Source of the DNA: a virus
Virus record (IMG/VR): IMGVR_UViG_3300027804_000047
Span: 53,626-117,625 of that record
DNA: 64,000 nt
Direction: 5' to 3' (one strand)
Shown: positions 48,348 through 58,031 of the stretch, piece by piece
How the letters are laid out: every line of letters starts with the position of its first letter
Position numbering within the stretch: the first letter of the stretch is position 1
The notes under the pieces: generated by a model
What the model was told of the DNA's origin: nothing
The model's input: the letters and a program-made list of their open reading frames with translations, nothing else
Database searches by the model: none
Made by a program: the position numbers and the translations under genes

Positions 48348-48419
48348 GCCTCCTTAACTCAGGGGTAGAGTACCCGCCTTGTAAGCGGGTTGTCGTAGGT
48401 TCAAATCCTACAGGAGGCT
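48348..48419 (+). tRNA. tRNA-Thr(TGT)
   Basis: Acceptor GCCTCCT/AGGAGGC; CCCGC-CTTGTAA-GCGGG; T-loop TTCAAAT. Confidence 0.92.
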
Positions 48420-48437
48420 CTGGTACAATTAAAAGAT

Positions 48438-49877
48438 ATGAAAATACTAGGTATAAATGAAACAACACACGATGCATCGCTATCTTTAATAGATAACGGT
48501 GAGATACTTTTTGCTGGGCATGCTGAAAGATATAGCAAACAAAAAAATGATTGGTTTATTAATGATGATATTATTGAAGAAGCCCTAAGTTACGGCAAGC
48601 CAGATTACATAGCATACTATGAACACCGTTGGTTAAAAAAATCTCGTATATTAACTCGTGGTGGATTTGGTGGCAGTAAACCATATTACTTGGAAAGAAA
48701 AGACCTTAGATGGGTTCCAAGAGAATCTTTTAGCCATCATCATTCTCATGCAGCAGCAGGATATTACACAAGTAAATTTAATGATGCTGTTATAGTTGTA
48801 TTAGACGCAATCGGAGAATACAACACATCAAGCATATGGGTTGGCGAAGGATCAAATTTAAAATCTGTATATAAAAAAAATTATCCATTTAGTTTTGGAT
48901 TATTTTATTCTGCATTTACTAAATTAGTTGGTTTAAAACCCAACGAAGAAGAATATATTATGATGGGTATGGCTGCATACGGTGATTGGACAAAATATTA
49001 TTTAAAAATAAAAGAATATTTTCCATCAATCAATAAGCAAAAATATAATTTTCATAAAGGTATTATTGATTGGAATTTGCCAATAGAAGAACAAGATAGA
49101 TTTGATATTGCTGCAGCAGTTCAAAAAGTATACGAGGATAGACTTGTTAATTTTATGGCAATGGCACAAAAACTAACTGGTAAAAGAAATCTTGTTTTTA
49201 TGGGTGGATGTGCATTAAACTGTGCAGCGAATACAATGCTATGGAGAATGTTTGATGATGTTTGGATTATGCCAAACCCAGGGGATGCTGGATCATCACT
49301 TGGAGCGGCTGCAGCAGCCTACGGAGGTCATATAAATTGGCAGCATCCTTATCTTGGCCACGATCTTGGTGGAGAATACCCAGTAAATGCTATTATGACA
49401 GAGTTAATAAGAAATAAAATTGCTGCAGTAGCAACTGGAAGAGCAGAATATGGCCCAAGGGCATTAGGAAATAGATCTATTCTTGCTGATCCAAGAGATC
49501 CAAATATTAAAGATAAAGTAAATTTAATAAAGCAAAGAGAGTTATTTAGACCATTTGCTCCAGTAATTTTGGAAGAGCATGCACACAGATGGTTTGATAT
49601 GAAATATCCGTCACCATATATGCAATACACTCCTAAATGTTTAAAACCAGAATTAATACCATCAGTAGTTCATAAGGACGGTACATCAAGAGTTCAGACT
49701 GTAAATAAAAATCAACATCCAGGACTTTATTTATTACTTTTAGAGTGGTATTCTGTAACTGGAGTTCCAATATTGCTTAATACTAGTTTAAATATAAAGG
49801 GTCAGCCCTTGCTAAATGACAGAATAGATATAGAGAAATGGGAAAAATCCTATAATACAAGAATAATTACTAATTAA
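48438..49877 (+). CDS. NodU/CmcH-family carbamoyltransferase
   Basis: HDAS, ERYS..KND, HH.SHAA, DAIGE, MG.AAYG, GG.ALNC, GPRALGNRSIL, FRPFAP, LLNTS.N. Confidence 0.93.
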   Translation: MKILGINETTHDASLSLIDNGEILFAGHAERYSKQKNDWFINDDIIEEALSYGKPDYIAYYEHRWLKKSRILTRGGFGGSKPYYLERKDLRWVPRESFSHHHSHAAAGYYTSKFNDAVIVVLDAIGEYNTSSIWVGEGSNLKSVYKKNYPFSFGLFYSAFTKLVGLKPNEEEYIMMGMAAYGDWTKYYLKIKEYFPSINKQKYNFHKGIIDWNLPIEEQDRFDIAAAVQKVYEDRLVNFMAMAQKLTGKRNLVFMGGCALNCAANTMLWRMFDDVWIMPNPGDAGSSLGAAAAAYGGHINWQHPYLGHDLGGEYPVNAIMTELIRNKIAAVATGRAEYGPRALGNRSILADPRDPNIKDKVNLIKQRELFRPFAPVILEEHAHRWFDMKYPSPYMQYTPKCLKPELIPSVVHKDGTSRVQTVNKNQHPGLYLLLLEWYSVTGVPILLNTSLNIKGQPLLNDRIDIEKWEKSYNTRIITN

Positions 49878-49916
49878 AGTAATTGAAATAATGGTATAAT
49901 GGAAAAAAGGAGAAAT

Positions 49917-50783
49917 ATGAAACATCCACTTTTAAGAAACTATCCAGGTAATATCGATGACATAGAATGGCAATATTTGGATAAAGAAACATATATAGAG
50001 ATAGAAGACATTTTAACAAAAGATGTTGTTCTATTTGATCCATTTTTAGTTGATAACTTTTATCCAGAAGAGATGTTTAATGAGTTAGTAGAAATATGTA
50101 ACTCCTATGATTTAAAAAAAATAGATTTTTCTAATCAAATGAATAAGTGGGAAGAAGGCATAGAAATCCCACAAAAATTTATAGATTATGCCGTTAATAA
50201 AGTTAAAGAATTATTAGATACAGAAGACGTTATTTTTGGATATCATATGTATGCTCATCACCAAATAACAAATGATAATAGAATTCCAAAACTTCCATTA
50301 CATATTGATTGGGCACAAGGTCCATATATGGTAGATTTACAAATAGGTGGAAATAGAGATTGGGGGTTTGTTGCTAGAGATAAAAATTTTGTTTGTAAGC
50401 CAAACCAGGCCGTAATTTGTCAGCCACAACTTGATTTTCACTATAGACCAGCATGGGGCAATGATGATCCAAATGAATACTATCAAGCAATATTTTTTCA
50501 TTTAGTTAATAAAAATTCTTGGTCTATTCCAAATGATGATTCAAGACAAGACAGAGATAAACATTTAAATAACAAATATAACTTTGGTAAAGATTTTAGA
50601 GAGTCAGAAGAATTTAAAGGATTTCAATTTCAAAGAAGAAAAATATTTGATGAAATTTATGTTAAAGAAATAAATGATCTTTCTAGTAGAAACCTATTGC
50701 CACCAATACCTTGGGATGCTTTTCCTTCTGAAACAGATGCAAACATACACGATAGAAAAGGTGTAGAGCCAAAAGGCAATTAA
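49917..50783 (+). CDS. 2OG-Fe(II) oxygenase-like protein
   Basis: LPLHID (HxD) ... HYRP; ATG 49917 after AAGGAG. Confidence 0.55.
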   Translation: MKHPLLRNYPGNIDDIEWQYLDKETYIEIEDILTKDVVLFDPFLVDNFYPEEMFNELVEICNSYDLKKIDFSNQMNKWEEGIEIPQKFIDYAVNKVKELLDTEDVIFGYHMYAHHQITNDNRIPKLPLHIDWAQGPYMVDLQIGGNRDWGFVARDKNFVCKPNQAVICQPQLDFHYRPAWGNDDPNEYYQAIFFHLVNKNSWSIPNDDSRQDRDKHLNNKYNFGKDFRESEEFKGFQFQRRKIFDEIYVKEINDLSSRNLLPPIPWDAFPSETDANIHDRKGVEPKGN

Positions 50784-50785
50784 TT

Positions 50786-51760
50786 ATGTTAGATTTAGAT
50801 AAAATAAAAATTGCTTACGAAAACTCATCATTTTTTAAAAATTTTGAACCTAATTTTAAAATTGATTTAAGAACTTCAGAGAACTTAGATCTTGAAAAAA
50901 CACAAAAATCTGTAGATAATTTAAATAATATTATTAAGTTTTGGTCAAAAGATTATAATTATGAAAATGATATTGTTATTGTAGCAACAGATGAAACTGG
51001 TTATGACTTTTTAGAAGAACAATTAAGATTGTTACAGTTTTCTGATGCTTTACCATCAAAAGAAAGATTTGCATTAAATAGCAAAGGTATTTTTGGTTCA
51101 GGTGGTTACAGCATTATTGATGAAAAAGAAGTTCTATTATATTGGCAGGTTACCAATAGCAAGGTTCCTTTTGAGCATACTGGCGATTTTAAAATGGGTC
51201 CACATCTATTTACTCATGCCGTACAAGGTGTTTTAACTGGACAAAGATTTAATGTTCCTGGTGCGAAATCGTTATTAACAGATTTTCCTGGTTGGTATGT
51301 TGAAGGTCAGGCAGATTTTGCAGCGCTGGCATCAATATCAAATAATTTTGAAGAGTATTTATTGCATCGATCAAATTATTTTAAATATGCCTTTGTTCCT
51401 ATTAGGCCTACTGATCCTAAAGAAGAAAATTCAAGGATAGAACTTAAACAAAGATCTGAATCTGAATGGTCAAACTCTTTAAGACTTTCTCCGTTAAAGT
51501 TTGCTGGGATACCGCTCTTTGATGAATATTATACTGGTTTGCTTGCTTATGAAGAAATGATGTGTAAATTAAATCATCAAGAAATGATGGTTTTTGCAGA
51601 AAGATTTGTTAAGGGAGAAAGATTTGATGATCTTTTTTATCATTTTATTGGGTTGAAATTAGACAACTTTTATGATATACTGGGTAAAGAACTAGTAGAA
51701 TTAGCAAAAGGAATTCACGTATCATCGTGGCCTTCATGGAAACCAAAAATGGGAGAGTAA
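50786..51760 (+). CDS. Gluzincin-like protein with altered motif (HLFTH)
   Basis: HLFTHAVQ ... W.VEG.A pattern. Confidence 0.5.
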   Translation: MLDLDKIKIAYENSSFFKNFEPNFKIDLRTSENLDLEKTQKSVDNLNNIIKFWSKDYNYENDIVIVATDETGYDFLEEQLRLLQFSDALPSKERFALNSKGIFGSGGYSIIDEKEVLLYWQVTNSKVPFEHTGDFKMGPHLFTHAVQGVLTGQRFNVPGAKSLLTDFPGWYVEGQADFAALASISNNFEEYLLHRSNYFKYAFVPIRPTDPKEENSRIELKQRSESEWSNSLRLSPLKFAGIPLFDEYYTGLLAYEEMMCKLNHQEMMVFAERFVKGERFDDLFYHFIGLKLDNFYDILGKELVELAKGIHVSSWPSWKPKMGE

Positions 51761-51764
51761 TAAA

Positions 51765-51965
51765 ATGGAATCAACAAAAAAAAGTTTAATTAAAACAGCA
51801 AGTTGGGAAACATTTCATCTTATAGGTGTAGCAGGAGTTATTTATTTATTTACTGGTGAATGGGAATACGCTAGTCTTGGAGCATTAATATATATAGGGT
51901 GGGAGGCCTTGGGTTACTATATACACGAAAGAGTGTGGGCTAAATACGGCAAGAGGGTTAAGTAA
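51765..51965 (+). CDS. DUF2061-like small membrane protein
   Basis: KSLIKT.SW...YY.HER.W. Confidence 0.75.
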   Translation: MESTKKSLIKTASWETFHLIGVAGVIYLFTGEWEYASLGALIYIGWEALGYYIHERVWAKYGKRVK

Positions 51966-52075
51966 TGAGAATTAAAATTATTAAGTTCGTAGTAAAAATT
52001 TTAGGCTATGAGTGGTCTGGAGATCAACTTAATTTACCAGTTTGGCAGGTAAAAGAAAAGAAAAAGAAAAAATGA
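51965..52075 (+). CDS. Small hypothetical protein (36 aa, not in ORF track)
   Basis: TAATG and ATGA coupling at both ends. Confidence 0.5.
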   Translation: MRIKIIKFVVKILGYEWSGDQLNLPVWQVKEKKKKK

Positions 52076-52377
52076 CATATGTTATAACAGATGCATGTGT
52101 TGACATAAAAGACAAATCCTGCATGGAGGAATGTCCTGTTGACTGTATTTATGAAGGAAATAGGATGTTATATATAAATCCAGAAGAATGCATAGATTGC
52201 GGTGCCTGCGAACCAGCATGTCCTACTGATGCTATATATTTTGATATTGATCTTCCTTCAGATAAAAAGAAATTTGAACAAATAAATAAAGAATTTTTTA
52301 TACCTATCGGAAATCTTGGTGGTTCTAGATATCAAAAAGACAAGACTCAGGATCATCCAGAAATAGAGAAAAAATAA
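52072..52377 (+). CDS. fdxA: 7Fe ferredoxin, actinobacterial FdxA type
   Basis: MTYVI..CVD.KDK.C.EECPVDCIYEG.RMLYI.P.EC.DCGACEP.CP. Confidence 0.92.
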   Translation: MTYVITDACVDIKDKSCMEECPVDCIYEGNRMLYINPEECIDCGACEPACPTDAIYFDIDLPSDKKKFEQINKEFFIPIGNLGGSRYQKDKTQDHPEIEKK

Positions 52378-52378
52378 T

Positions 52379-52564
52379 ATGCCAGCATATGAATATGATT
52401 GTATGTCTTGCGCTGTTAGATATACAAAAATAAGAAGCATGTCAGAAAGTGATCCAGGGTATATGTGCGATACTTGCCAAAAGCCTTTAGTTCGTGTATA
52501 CTCTAGTATAGGGATCACATTTAACGGGTCTGGTTTTTATAAAACTGACAATAGAAAGGTATAA
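52379..52564 (+). CDS. FmdB-family zinc-ribbon protein
   Basis: MP.YEY.C..C...C..C...F.GSGFY.TD. Confidence 0.88.
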   Translation: MPAYEYDCMSCAVRYTKIRSMSESDPGYMCDTCQKPLVRVYSSIGITFNGSGFYKTDNRKV

Positions 52565-52565
52565 T

Positions 52566-52823
52566 ATGTTTAGTATGCTTAAGCCCAAGGAAGAAGAAAA
52601 GGTATGGCTTCTTGATTCTAATGATCGTTGCGATAGATGCAGTGCACAGGCATATGTAAAGGTCATCGGCAAAAGTGGATCAGACTTGCTATTTTGTTCT
52701 CATCATTACAATAAAGCAATGGACAACGCTATTGGATACGACAATATGATGAAGTTTGCATTGGAAATTGTTGATGAAAGAGAAAGATTGATTGAAAATA
52801 GACAGTCTGGTGATTCATACTAA
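52566..52823 (+). CDS. Zinc-binding hypothetical protein
   Basis: DRCDRC.AQA...L.FC.HH. Confidence 0.7.
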   Translation: MFSMLKPKEEEKVWLLDSNDRCDRCSAQAYVKVIGKSGSDLLFCSHHYNKAMDNAIGYDNMMKFALEIVDERERLIENRQSGDSY

Positions 52824-53791
52824 TGCCAAAAATATTAGTTACAATTTCTGGATATTATGAAAGATTTCAAATAAATACAATAGAGTCTTGTTTAAAAAGA
52901 GCAAAAAATCCAGAAAATATTTCTTTTGCTATAGCGCATCACGAAGATCATATAGTAGATACATCACATTTATCTGCCAGGATTAATAGATACATTATTC
53001 CAAAAGGGGACAAAACTGGAATCCAAAAACCAAAACATATATTGGCTAATATGTTAAGTGATGAAGATTTTGTTTTGTCAATAGATTCTCATGTAATCAT
53101 GATGCCAGACTGGGACTTAGAGTTAATAAATGATTATAATGATAGATTAGCAAATTCAGAAAATAAGAATATTATAATATCTGGAAACTTTGGCAATTCA
53201 ATGAAACTTGGTGGACTTGATTATGACTTATGTTTATCTGAATACTTTAATAATGACAGTTTCTTTAATGAAAAAATAAAAAATGAAATGGAAGAATACA
53301 TAGTAGATGGAGATAGTTCCAGATTCACATATGAGGGGGACTGGTATGAAAAAATGTTAAATATGGTTCCCTATTTAACCCATGGAAATGGAAGCAATAT
53401 TATACATTTATCTAATATTTATTCTGGAAATTTTTCATTTTTTCCTAGATCTTGGTTTGATAAAGGTTATAACTTTTCTAAAGAAATGTTTTTTTCTGCA
53501 GATCAAACAGAAACTGCAATGAATATCTATACAAGTGGTTACGACATATGGATGCCTAGAATGAAATATCATATTCATATGACAGATCACAATCCAAATA
53601 TGTCTCATGTTAGTACAATTTTAGATGGTAAAAAGTATTATGCAAACAGATATTTTGATATGGATAAAGATAGAAAAGCAATACTTTGGTTTTTAGATAG
53701 AATCAACTATGGCTATAATGATGATAGACCAAGAACAGTAGATATGTTTTTTAAATTCTTTAAACTAACAAAAGAAAAATACTTAAAATAG
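52823..53791 (+). CDS. GlcNAc-transferase-like glycosyltransferase (GT60/Skp1-GlcNAcT-like)
   Basis: TI..C...A.NP.NI.F, IDSH..M..WD..LI, SGNF.F, GYDI..P motifs. Confidence 0.7.
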   Translation: MPKILVTISGYYERFQINTIESCLKRAKNPENISFAIAHHEDHIVDTSHLSARINRYIIPKGDKTGIQKPKHILANMLSDEDFVLSIDSHVIMMPDWDLELINDYNDRLANSENKNIIISGNFGNSMKLGGLDYDLCLSEYFNNDSFFNEKIKNEMEEYIVDGDSSRFTYEGDWYEKMLNMVPYLTHGNGSNIIHLSNIYSGNFSFFPRSWFDKGYNFSKEMFFSADQTETAMNIYTSGYDIWMPRMKYHIHMTDHNPNMSHVSTILDGKKYYANRYFDMDKDRKAILWFLDRINYGYNDDRPRTVDMFFKFFKLTKEKYLK

Positions 53792-53798
53792 GAGAAGT

Positions 53799-54215
53799 AT
53801 GTACGAATATAGAGTAAAAAAGTTAACTGGTGTAGTAGACGGAGATACAATTGATGTAGAGATTGATCTTGGTTTTAATGTTTCGTATGCACAAAGAGTT
53901 CGTTTGGCTGGTATAGATACTCCAGAATCAAGAACTACAGACAAGGCTGAAAAGATATTAGGTCTTGAGTCCAAAGAGTACTTGAAATCAAAGTTAAAAG
54001 ATGCTAAACTTATAGTAATAAAAACAGAAAAGCCAGATTCTTCTGAGAAGTATGGCCGTATTTTAGGGTGGCTATATGTTGATGGCAATACAATTTCTGT
54101 TAACGATCAAATGATTGAGGACGGATATGCGTGGGGCTATCTTGGAGATACCAAGGTAAAAGATTTTTCTGCTCTTGCTAAGCAAAGAGAGAAGGCAAAA
54201 AATGGAAGAGGATAA
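53799..54215 (+). CDS. SNase/thermonuclease-like nuclease
   Basis: VVDGDTI, RLAGIDTPE, KYGRIL, G.A. Confidence 0.9.
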   Translation: MYEYRVKKLTGVVDGDTIDVEIDLGFNVSYAQRVRLAGIDTPESRTTDKAEKILGLESKEYLKSKLKDAKLIVIKTEKPDSSEKYGRILGWLYVDGNTISVNDQMIEDGYAWGYLGDTKVKDFSALAKQREKAKNGRG

Positions 54216-54528
54216 TGAGATTAATTCTCTAATTTTGTCTGGTGCATTAGAGCCAGCAGGAATAGATCCAAAAACAGGAGAAATGTTATATAACTTTACA
54301 AATAAGTTAAAAGATGTTCATCCAGTTTTGCACAGAGAAGTAAATAACATGTTTTCATCTCACATGATGAGGCTTTGGGAACTGGATATGATTTCTATGA
54401 ATGTTATGGAATCAAATCCTGCTATAAGATTAACCCCAAAAGCATTTGATATTTCTTTAATTGATTTATTGAGTGAAGAAGAACTCTACACTCTAAAGGA
54501 GATAAAGAGAAACTTGACAAGACAGTAG
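54202..54528 (+). CDS. Hypothetical protein; paralog of 38724..38957
   Basis: Shared GID..TGEM.Y motif. Confidence 0.65.
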   Translation: MEEDNEINSLILSGALEPAGIDPKTGEMLYNFTNKLKDVHPVLHREVNNMFSSHMMRLWELDMISMNVMESNPAIRLTPKAFDISLIDLLSEEELYTLKEIKRNLTRQ

Positions 54529-54543
54529 TATAATAATCATACT

Positions 54544-54969
54544 ATGGAATATCTATTTGGCTTTGTAAGTTCTATATTAATTATAATTATATACAACCTA
54601 CTTGCCTTTAAAAAAAATATTGAAAAAAAGATAGGTTTTAGTCAAGTAGATAAACACCAAGTTATAAGTAATTTTTTGGTTACAAATAGCATTGGGTATA
54701 AAAATATTAAAAAAAATATAAAAACTCAATCTCAATTGCACGAAGAAAAAAATAGTATAAAAGTTATCATAATGGACAATAGCGCATATTGGATCAAGGA
54801 TAATGTTTTTTATACCGCTCAAATATCTTTAGATGGTAATGTTGATAAAGATACTACGTCAATAGTTGACACGATGGCTATGGATAAGGTACAATTAGAT
54901 AAAATGATGTTCATAATAGATAGATTACGAGAAGGGACTTTTGATGATAGTGGGGGTACAGGGAACTAG
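54544..54969 (+). CDS. Membrane-anchored hypothetical protein
   Basis: N-terminal TM helix; AYWI.DN.FY.A. Confidence 0.6.
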   Translation: MEYLFGFVSSILIIIIYNLLAFKKNIEKKIGFSQVDKHQVISNFLVTNSIGYKNIKKNIKTQSQLHEEKNSIKVIIMDNSAYWIKDNVFYTAQISLDGNVDKDTTSIVDTMAMDKVQLDKMMFIIDRLREGTFDDSGGTGN

Positions 54970-55294
54970 TAGTTTTAATGACTACCATGTTTTCCTTCGT
55001 GCTATTGGTGTAGCCTTATCTGGCATGCCTGCTGAAGATGAATATTTTTATATTTATACCGCAGGTCCATCCAAGATTAACTCAATGGTTATGGAATTTG
55101 TAAATGTTTCTGAAAAGGGAATGAAGTCTCGTGGTAAAAAGATTAAAATGTACAAAGTTGCACCGTCTTGGCTTTTTGAAAACATGCAAGATGTAAATTA
55201 TTTTATGTTTTTATCTAAGCCAAAAGAAGGAATGTCTAAGTTAGTTGGAGAAGCACAATTAAATAATGTCGAAGTTGGAATATTTCAATATTAG
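54944..55294 (+). CDS. Hypothetical protein, possible SLOG/YspA-like fold
   Basis: IVGVQGT..FNDY..F. Confidence 0.5.
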   Translation: MIVGVQGTSSFNDYHVFLRAIGVALSGMPAEDEYFYIYTAGPSKINSMVMEFVNVSEKGMKSRGKKIKMYKVAPSWLFENMQDVNYFMFLSKPKEGMSKLVGEAQLNNVEVGIFQY

Positions 55295-55301
55295 GAGAAG
55301 A

Positions 55302-55526
55302 ATGAATATAAAGTCATTAGAACAAATGGAAATCATCGTATCAAACAACAATTCTTTGTTTTGGGATGGTTGGACAGTTGTTAATAAATATAAGTCTGAT
55401 AAGGCAAAAACATCTAAGTATGGCATGTATATAAATAAGAGTTGGTACATCACTAAAAGGTTTGAGCCTAATGAAAATGGATGGGATATACCAGAAAGGT
55501 TTGTGATAGGATATGCACAAACTTAA
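55302..55526 (+). CDS. Hypothetical protein
   Basis: AGGAG RBS; WDGW motif. Confidence 0.6.
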   Translation: MNIKSLEQMEIIVSNNNSLFWDGWTVVNKYKSDKAKTSKYGMYINKSWYITKRFEPNENGWDIPERFVIGYAQT

Positions 55527-55797
55527 ATGGAAAGATAGTGCGTCTTGTTTAGATTATGATACAAATTTATTTTTTGATAAGTACGAAGAAGAGTCTGCAT
55601 TAAGATCTGCCATAGATTTATTATGCTTAAAGTGTCCAATATCTAAGACATGCTTTGCAGTAGGTGTTTCAAGTAAAGAATATGGAGTCTGGGGCGGAAT
55701 TTATTTAGAGTCTGGTGCTATATCTAAAGAGTTCAACGATCATAAAACATCAGAAGATTGGTCAAATATATGGAAGAACCTAACGATTGATGAGTAA
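55513..55797 (+). CDS. whiB: WhiB-family transcription factor
   Basis: W...A.C...FF...C..CP...C...GVWGG. Confidence 0.9.
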   Translation: MHKLKWKDSASCLDYDTNLFFDKYEEESALRSAIDLLCLKCPISKTCFAVGVSSKEYGVWGGIYLESGAISKEFNDHKTSEDWSNIWKNLTIDE

Positions 55798-55799
55798 AA

Positions 55800-55973
55800 A
55801 TGAACAATAGAGAAATAATTTATAAATGTCATTATTGTGAAAATTTTGCAATAACAACTAAAATAGATTCAAACATTGTGTATAACATATGCAAAATTCA
55901 TGACAATAGATCGCTTGATGAAGTAGAAGATTATATGAATAAAATGTTTGAAAGACAAAGGGATTTTGAGTAA
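55800..55973 (+). CDS. Small zinc-finger protein (57 aa, not in ORF track)
   Basis: CHYC...CKIH; TAATG coupling downstream. Confidence 0.55.
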   Translation: MNNREIIYKCHYCENFAITTKIDSNIVYNICKIHDNRSLDEVEDYMNKMFERQRDFE

Positions 55974-56212
55974 TGTATACAGACTCTATGCGTAAGGCTT
56001 TTAGATCTTTAGATCATTTTGCACCTAAGGGATTTATATTAGAATTAGTAGATAATGATAGTTTTATTACTGTTCGTGCATCAGAAAAATCTTTTATGTC
56101 ACTATTTGACGAAGATAAGCGTCGTGCTGTAGAATATATGATAAGAGTCAAAAAGGCACTTGAGGATAATGGAGCAATTGTCCTATTAGTTCGTGAAGGC
56201 GGTAAAGAATAA
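55973..56212 (+). CDS. Hypothetical protein
   Basis: Coupled ORF. Confidence 0.65.
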   Translation: MYTDSMRKAFRSLDHFAPKGFILELVDNDSFITVRASEKSFMSLFDEDKRRAVEYMIRVKKALEDNGAIVLLVREGGKE

Positions 56213-56697
56213 TGCAAACATTTCTTCCATCAGCAAACGCAGTAACCTCTGCTCGTTGGCTTGATAGTAAACGTCTTAATAAGCAAATATTAGAATGTTA
56301 TCAAATCTTAAATGTTTTATCTGGAAAATCAAAAGGTGGCGGATGGCGTAATCATCCAGCAGTTCTTATGTGGAAAGGATATGAGCGTGGACTTTGGCTA
56401 TACGTTCAGGCCATGATTCGAGAGGCTCGTTATCGTGGAATTCGTACAGAAAACAATGAAGCCAATCTTAATAATTTAAAAGATCAGTGCTGGGAAAATT
56501 GGGGAGATAATCCTCCATCATTTTGGACAGATAGCAATAAACTAATGCGTGTAATTACTACACATAAAGCAAGTTTGTTTGATAAAGATCCTATGTATTA
56601 TGCAAAATTTGGATATGCTAAGCATAGCATTTACAATAATCCGTGCTGCTCTACATGTAAATATTACTGGGTTACTCATGAGAATAGATCCAAGTAG
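56212..56697 (+). CDS. Pyrimidine-dimer DNA glycosylase-like protein (MSMEG_6728-like)
   Basis: MQTFLP, LD.KRL.KQ..E..QI, W.NHPAV.MW.G, H.A.L..KDP..Y. Confidence 0.8.
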   Translation: MQTFLPSANAVTSARWLDSKRLNKQILECYQILNVLSGKSKGGGWRNHPAVLMWKGYERGLWLYVQAMIREARYRGIRTENNEANLNNLKDQCWENWGDNPPSFWTDSNKLMRVITTHKASLFDKDPMYYAKFGYAKHSIYNNPCCSTCKYYWVTHENRSK

Positions 56698-57403
56698 TCC
56701 GTCAAAAGACAATATAATTGAGTTTATTGAATTATATAATCTAAATACTTTAAAGCCAGTAATGGCAAATAAACTTATACCAGATTGGTATAAAGAACAA
56801 AAGCCAATATATCAAGTAGATAATTTTTCAGATTTAACTATTAAAAGATGTATTCCATTTTTAGATGCTATGACTGCTGGATATTTTTTAGTGACTACAC
56901 AAGATTGTATCGTTACAGATAATGGAAATATTAATACAAGACATAATAATTTTATAACCAAACATCCAAGAGAACAGTTTGGTAATTTAACTATTTCTGA
57001 TAATTTTCATCAGGATATATATAAATGGAATAATCAATATCTTATTAAAACTCCAGAAAATATTAGTTGTATGATTTTACATCCAAATAACTGGACTGGA
57101 TTACCATTTTTTACTTTATCTGGAATTGTTGATACAGATACCTTTATAAATCCTATTAGTTTTCCATTTTTATTAAATAAAAATTTCAACGGCATAATTC
57201 CCAAAGATACACCAGTGGCTCAAATAATTCCTTTTAGAAGAGAAAACTTTTCTATTGAATTAAATAAAAAATTAAGTAAAGAACTTATAGATTCTCACAA
57301 AGAAAAATCACAAAAATATGAGTCTGGTAGATATGATCAAGAAAGAAACCCAGTAGGTGGTATGTATAAAAAACAATACTGGAAGCCTAAAAATTATAGA
57401 TAA
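56678..57403 (+). CDS. Hypothetical protein; paralog of 31265..31978
   Basis: Same motif series. Confidence 0.6.
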   Translation: MRIDPSSPSKDNIIEFIELYNLNTLKPVMANKLIPDWYKEQKPIYQVDNFSDLTIKRCIPFLDAMTAGYFLVTTQDCIVTDNGNINTRHNNFITKHPREQFGNLTISDNFHQDIYKWNNQYLIKTPENISCMILHPNNWTGLPFFTLSGIVDTDTFINPISFPFLLNKNFNGIIPKDTPVAQIIPFRRENFSIELNKKLSKELIDSHKEKSQKYESGRYDQERNPVGGMYKKQYWKPKNYR

Positions 57404-57430
57404 TGTATAATAGTATTGATTGGAGGAAAA

Positions 57431-57850
57431 ATGTTAGAGTTATTAATTTTTATTTCATTAGTTATATTTTTTATATATCTATTTATAAATAATATACAAT
57501 TAAGGAAAAAAAATTTTTATTTATTAAAATATTTTTCAGAAAATCAAGTAGCCCTATCTGTTTTAGAAAAACAACTTGAGACTTTAGAAAATATTACAGA
57601 AGAAAATTTACATCAGGACCATTTTTTAAAATTTATTTCTGATTCTAGAGATGTTGCATTTAATTATATAGATGAAGTACAAAACAAAATACTTAGTTTT
57701 GAAAACAATATTAAGGTTCAGATAATGGAAAACAGCATTGATGATATTCAGGAGTGCTGTGATCAATATGAAAAACTTATAAATTTATTGTTTTCTGAAA
57801 TTGAAGATATTAAAAGATTTTTGCCGAAAGACGAATCAGATGGACGCTAG
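57431..57850 (+). CDS. Membrane-anchored coiled-coil protein
   Basis: N-terminal TM helix; FLKF.SDSRD.AF.YI; GGAGG RBS. Confidence 0.6.
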   Translation: MLELLIFISLVIFFIYLFINNIQLRKKNFYLLKYFSENQVALSVLEKQLETLENITEENLHQDHFLKFISDSRDVAFNYIDEVQNKILSFENNIKVQIMENSIDDIQECCDQYEKLINLLFSEIEDIKRFLPKDESDGR

Positions 57851-58031
57851 AGGAATTCCAACATGCATATGCCCAAACTGTGGCAGTGATATAATTAAGA
57901 TATTAGCCAAATTTGATCCAGTAGACTATGAGATAGGTATTTATTTTTTAGATGGTGAATGTTCAAATTGTAAAACATTGGTTACTGTTCCAACTCCCTT
58001 GGATCATCCTAACTTTAATAAAGGAATATAA
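57840..58031 (+). CDS. Small zinc-ribbon protein
   Basis: CPNCG...CSNC. Confidence 0.65.
   Translation: MDARGIPTCICPNCGSDIIKILAKFDPVDYEIGIYFLDGECSNCKTLVTVPTPLDHPNFNKGI

Noticed and set aside
48223-48477. 84-aa minus-strand ORF
   Set aside because: Antisense to tRNA genes; GFEP/GIRT strings are typical tRNA shadows
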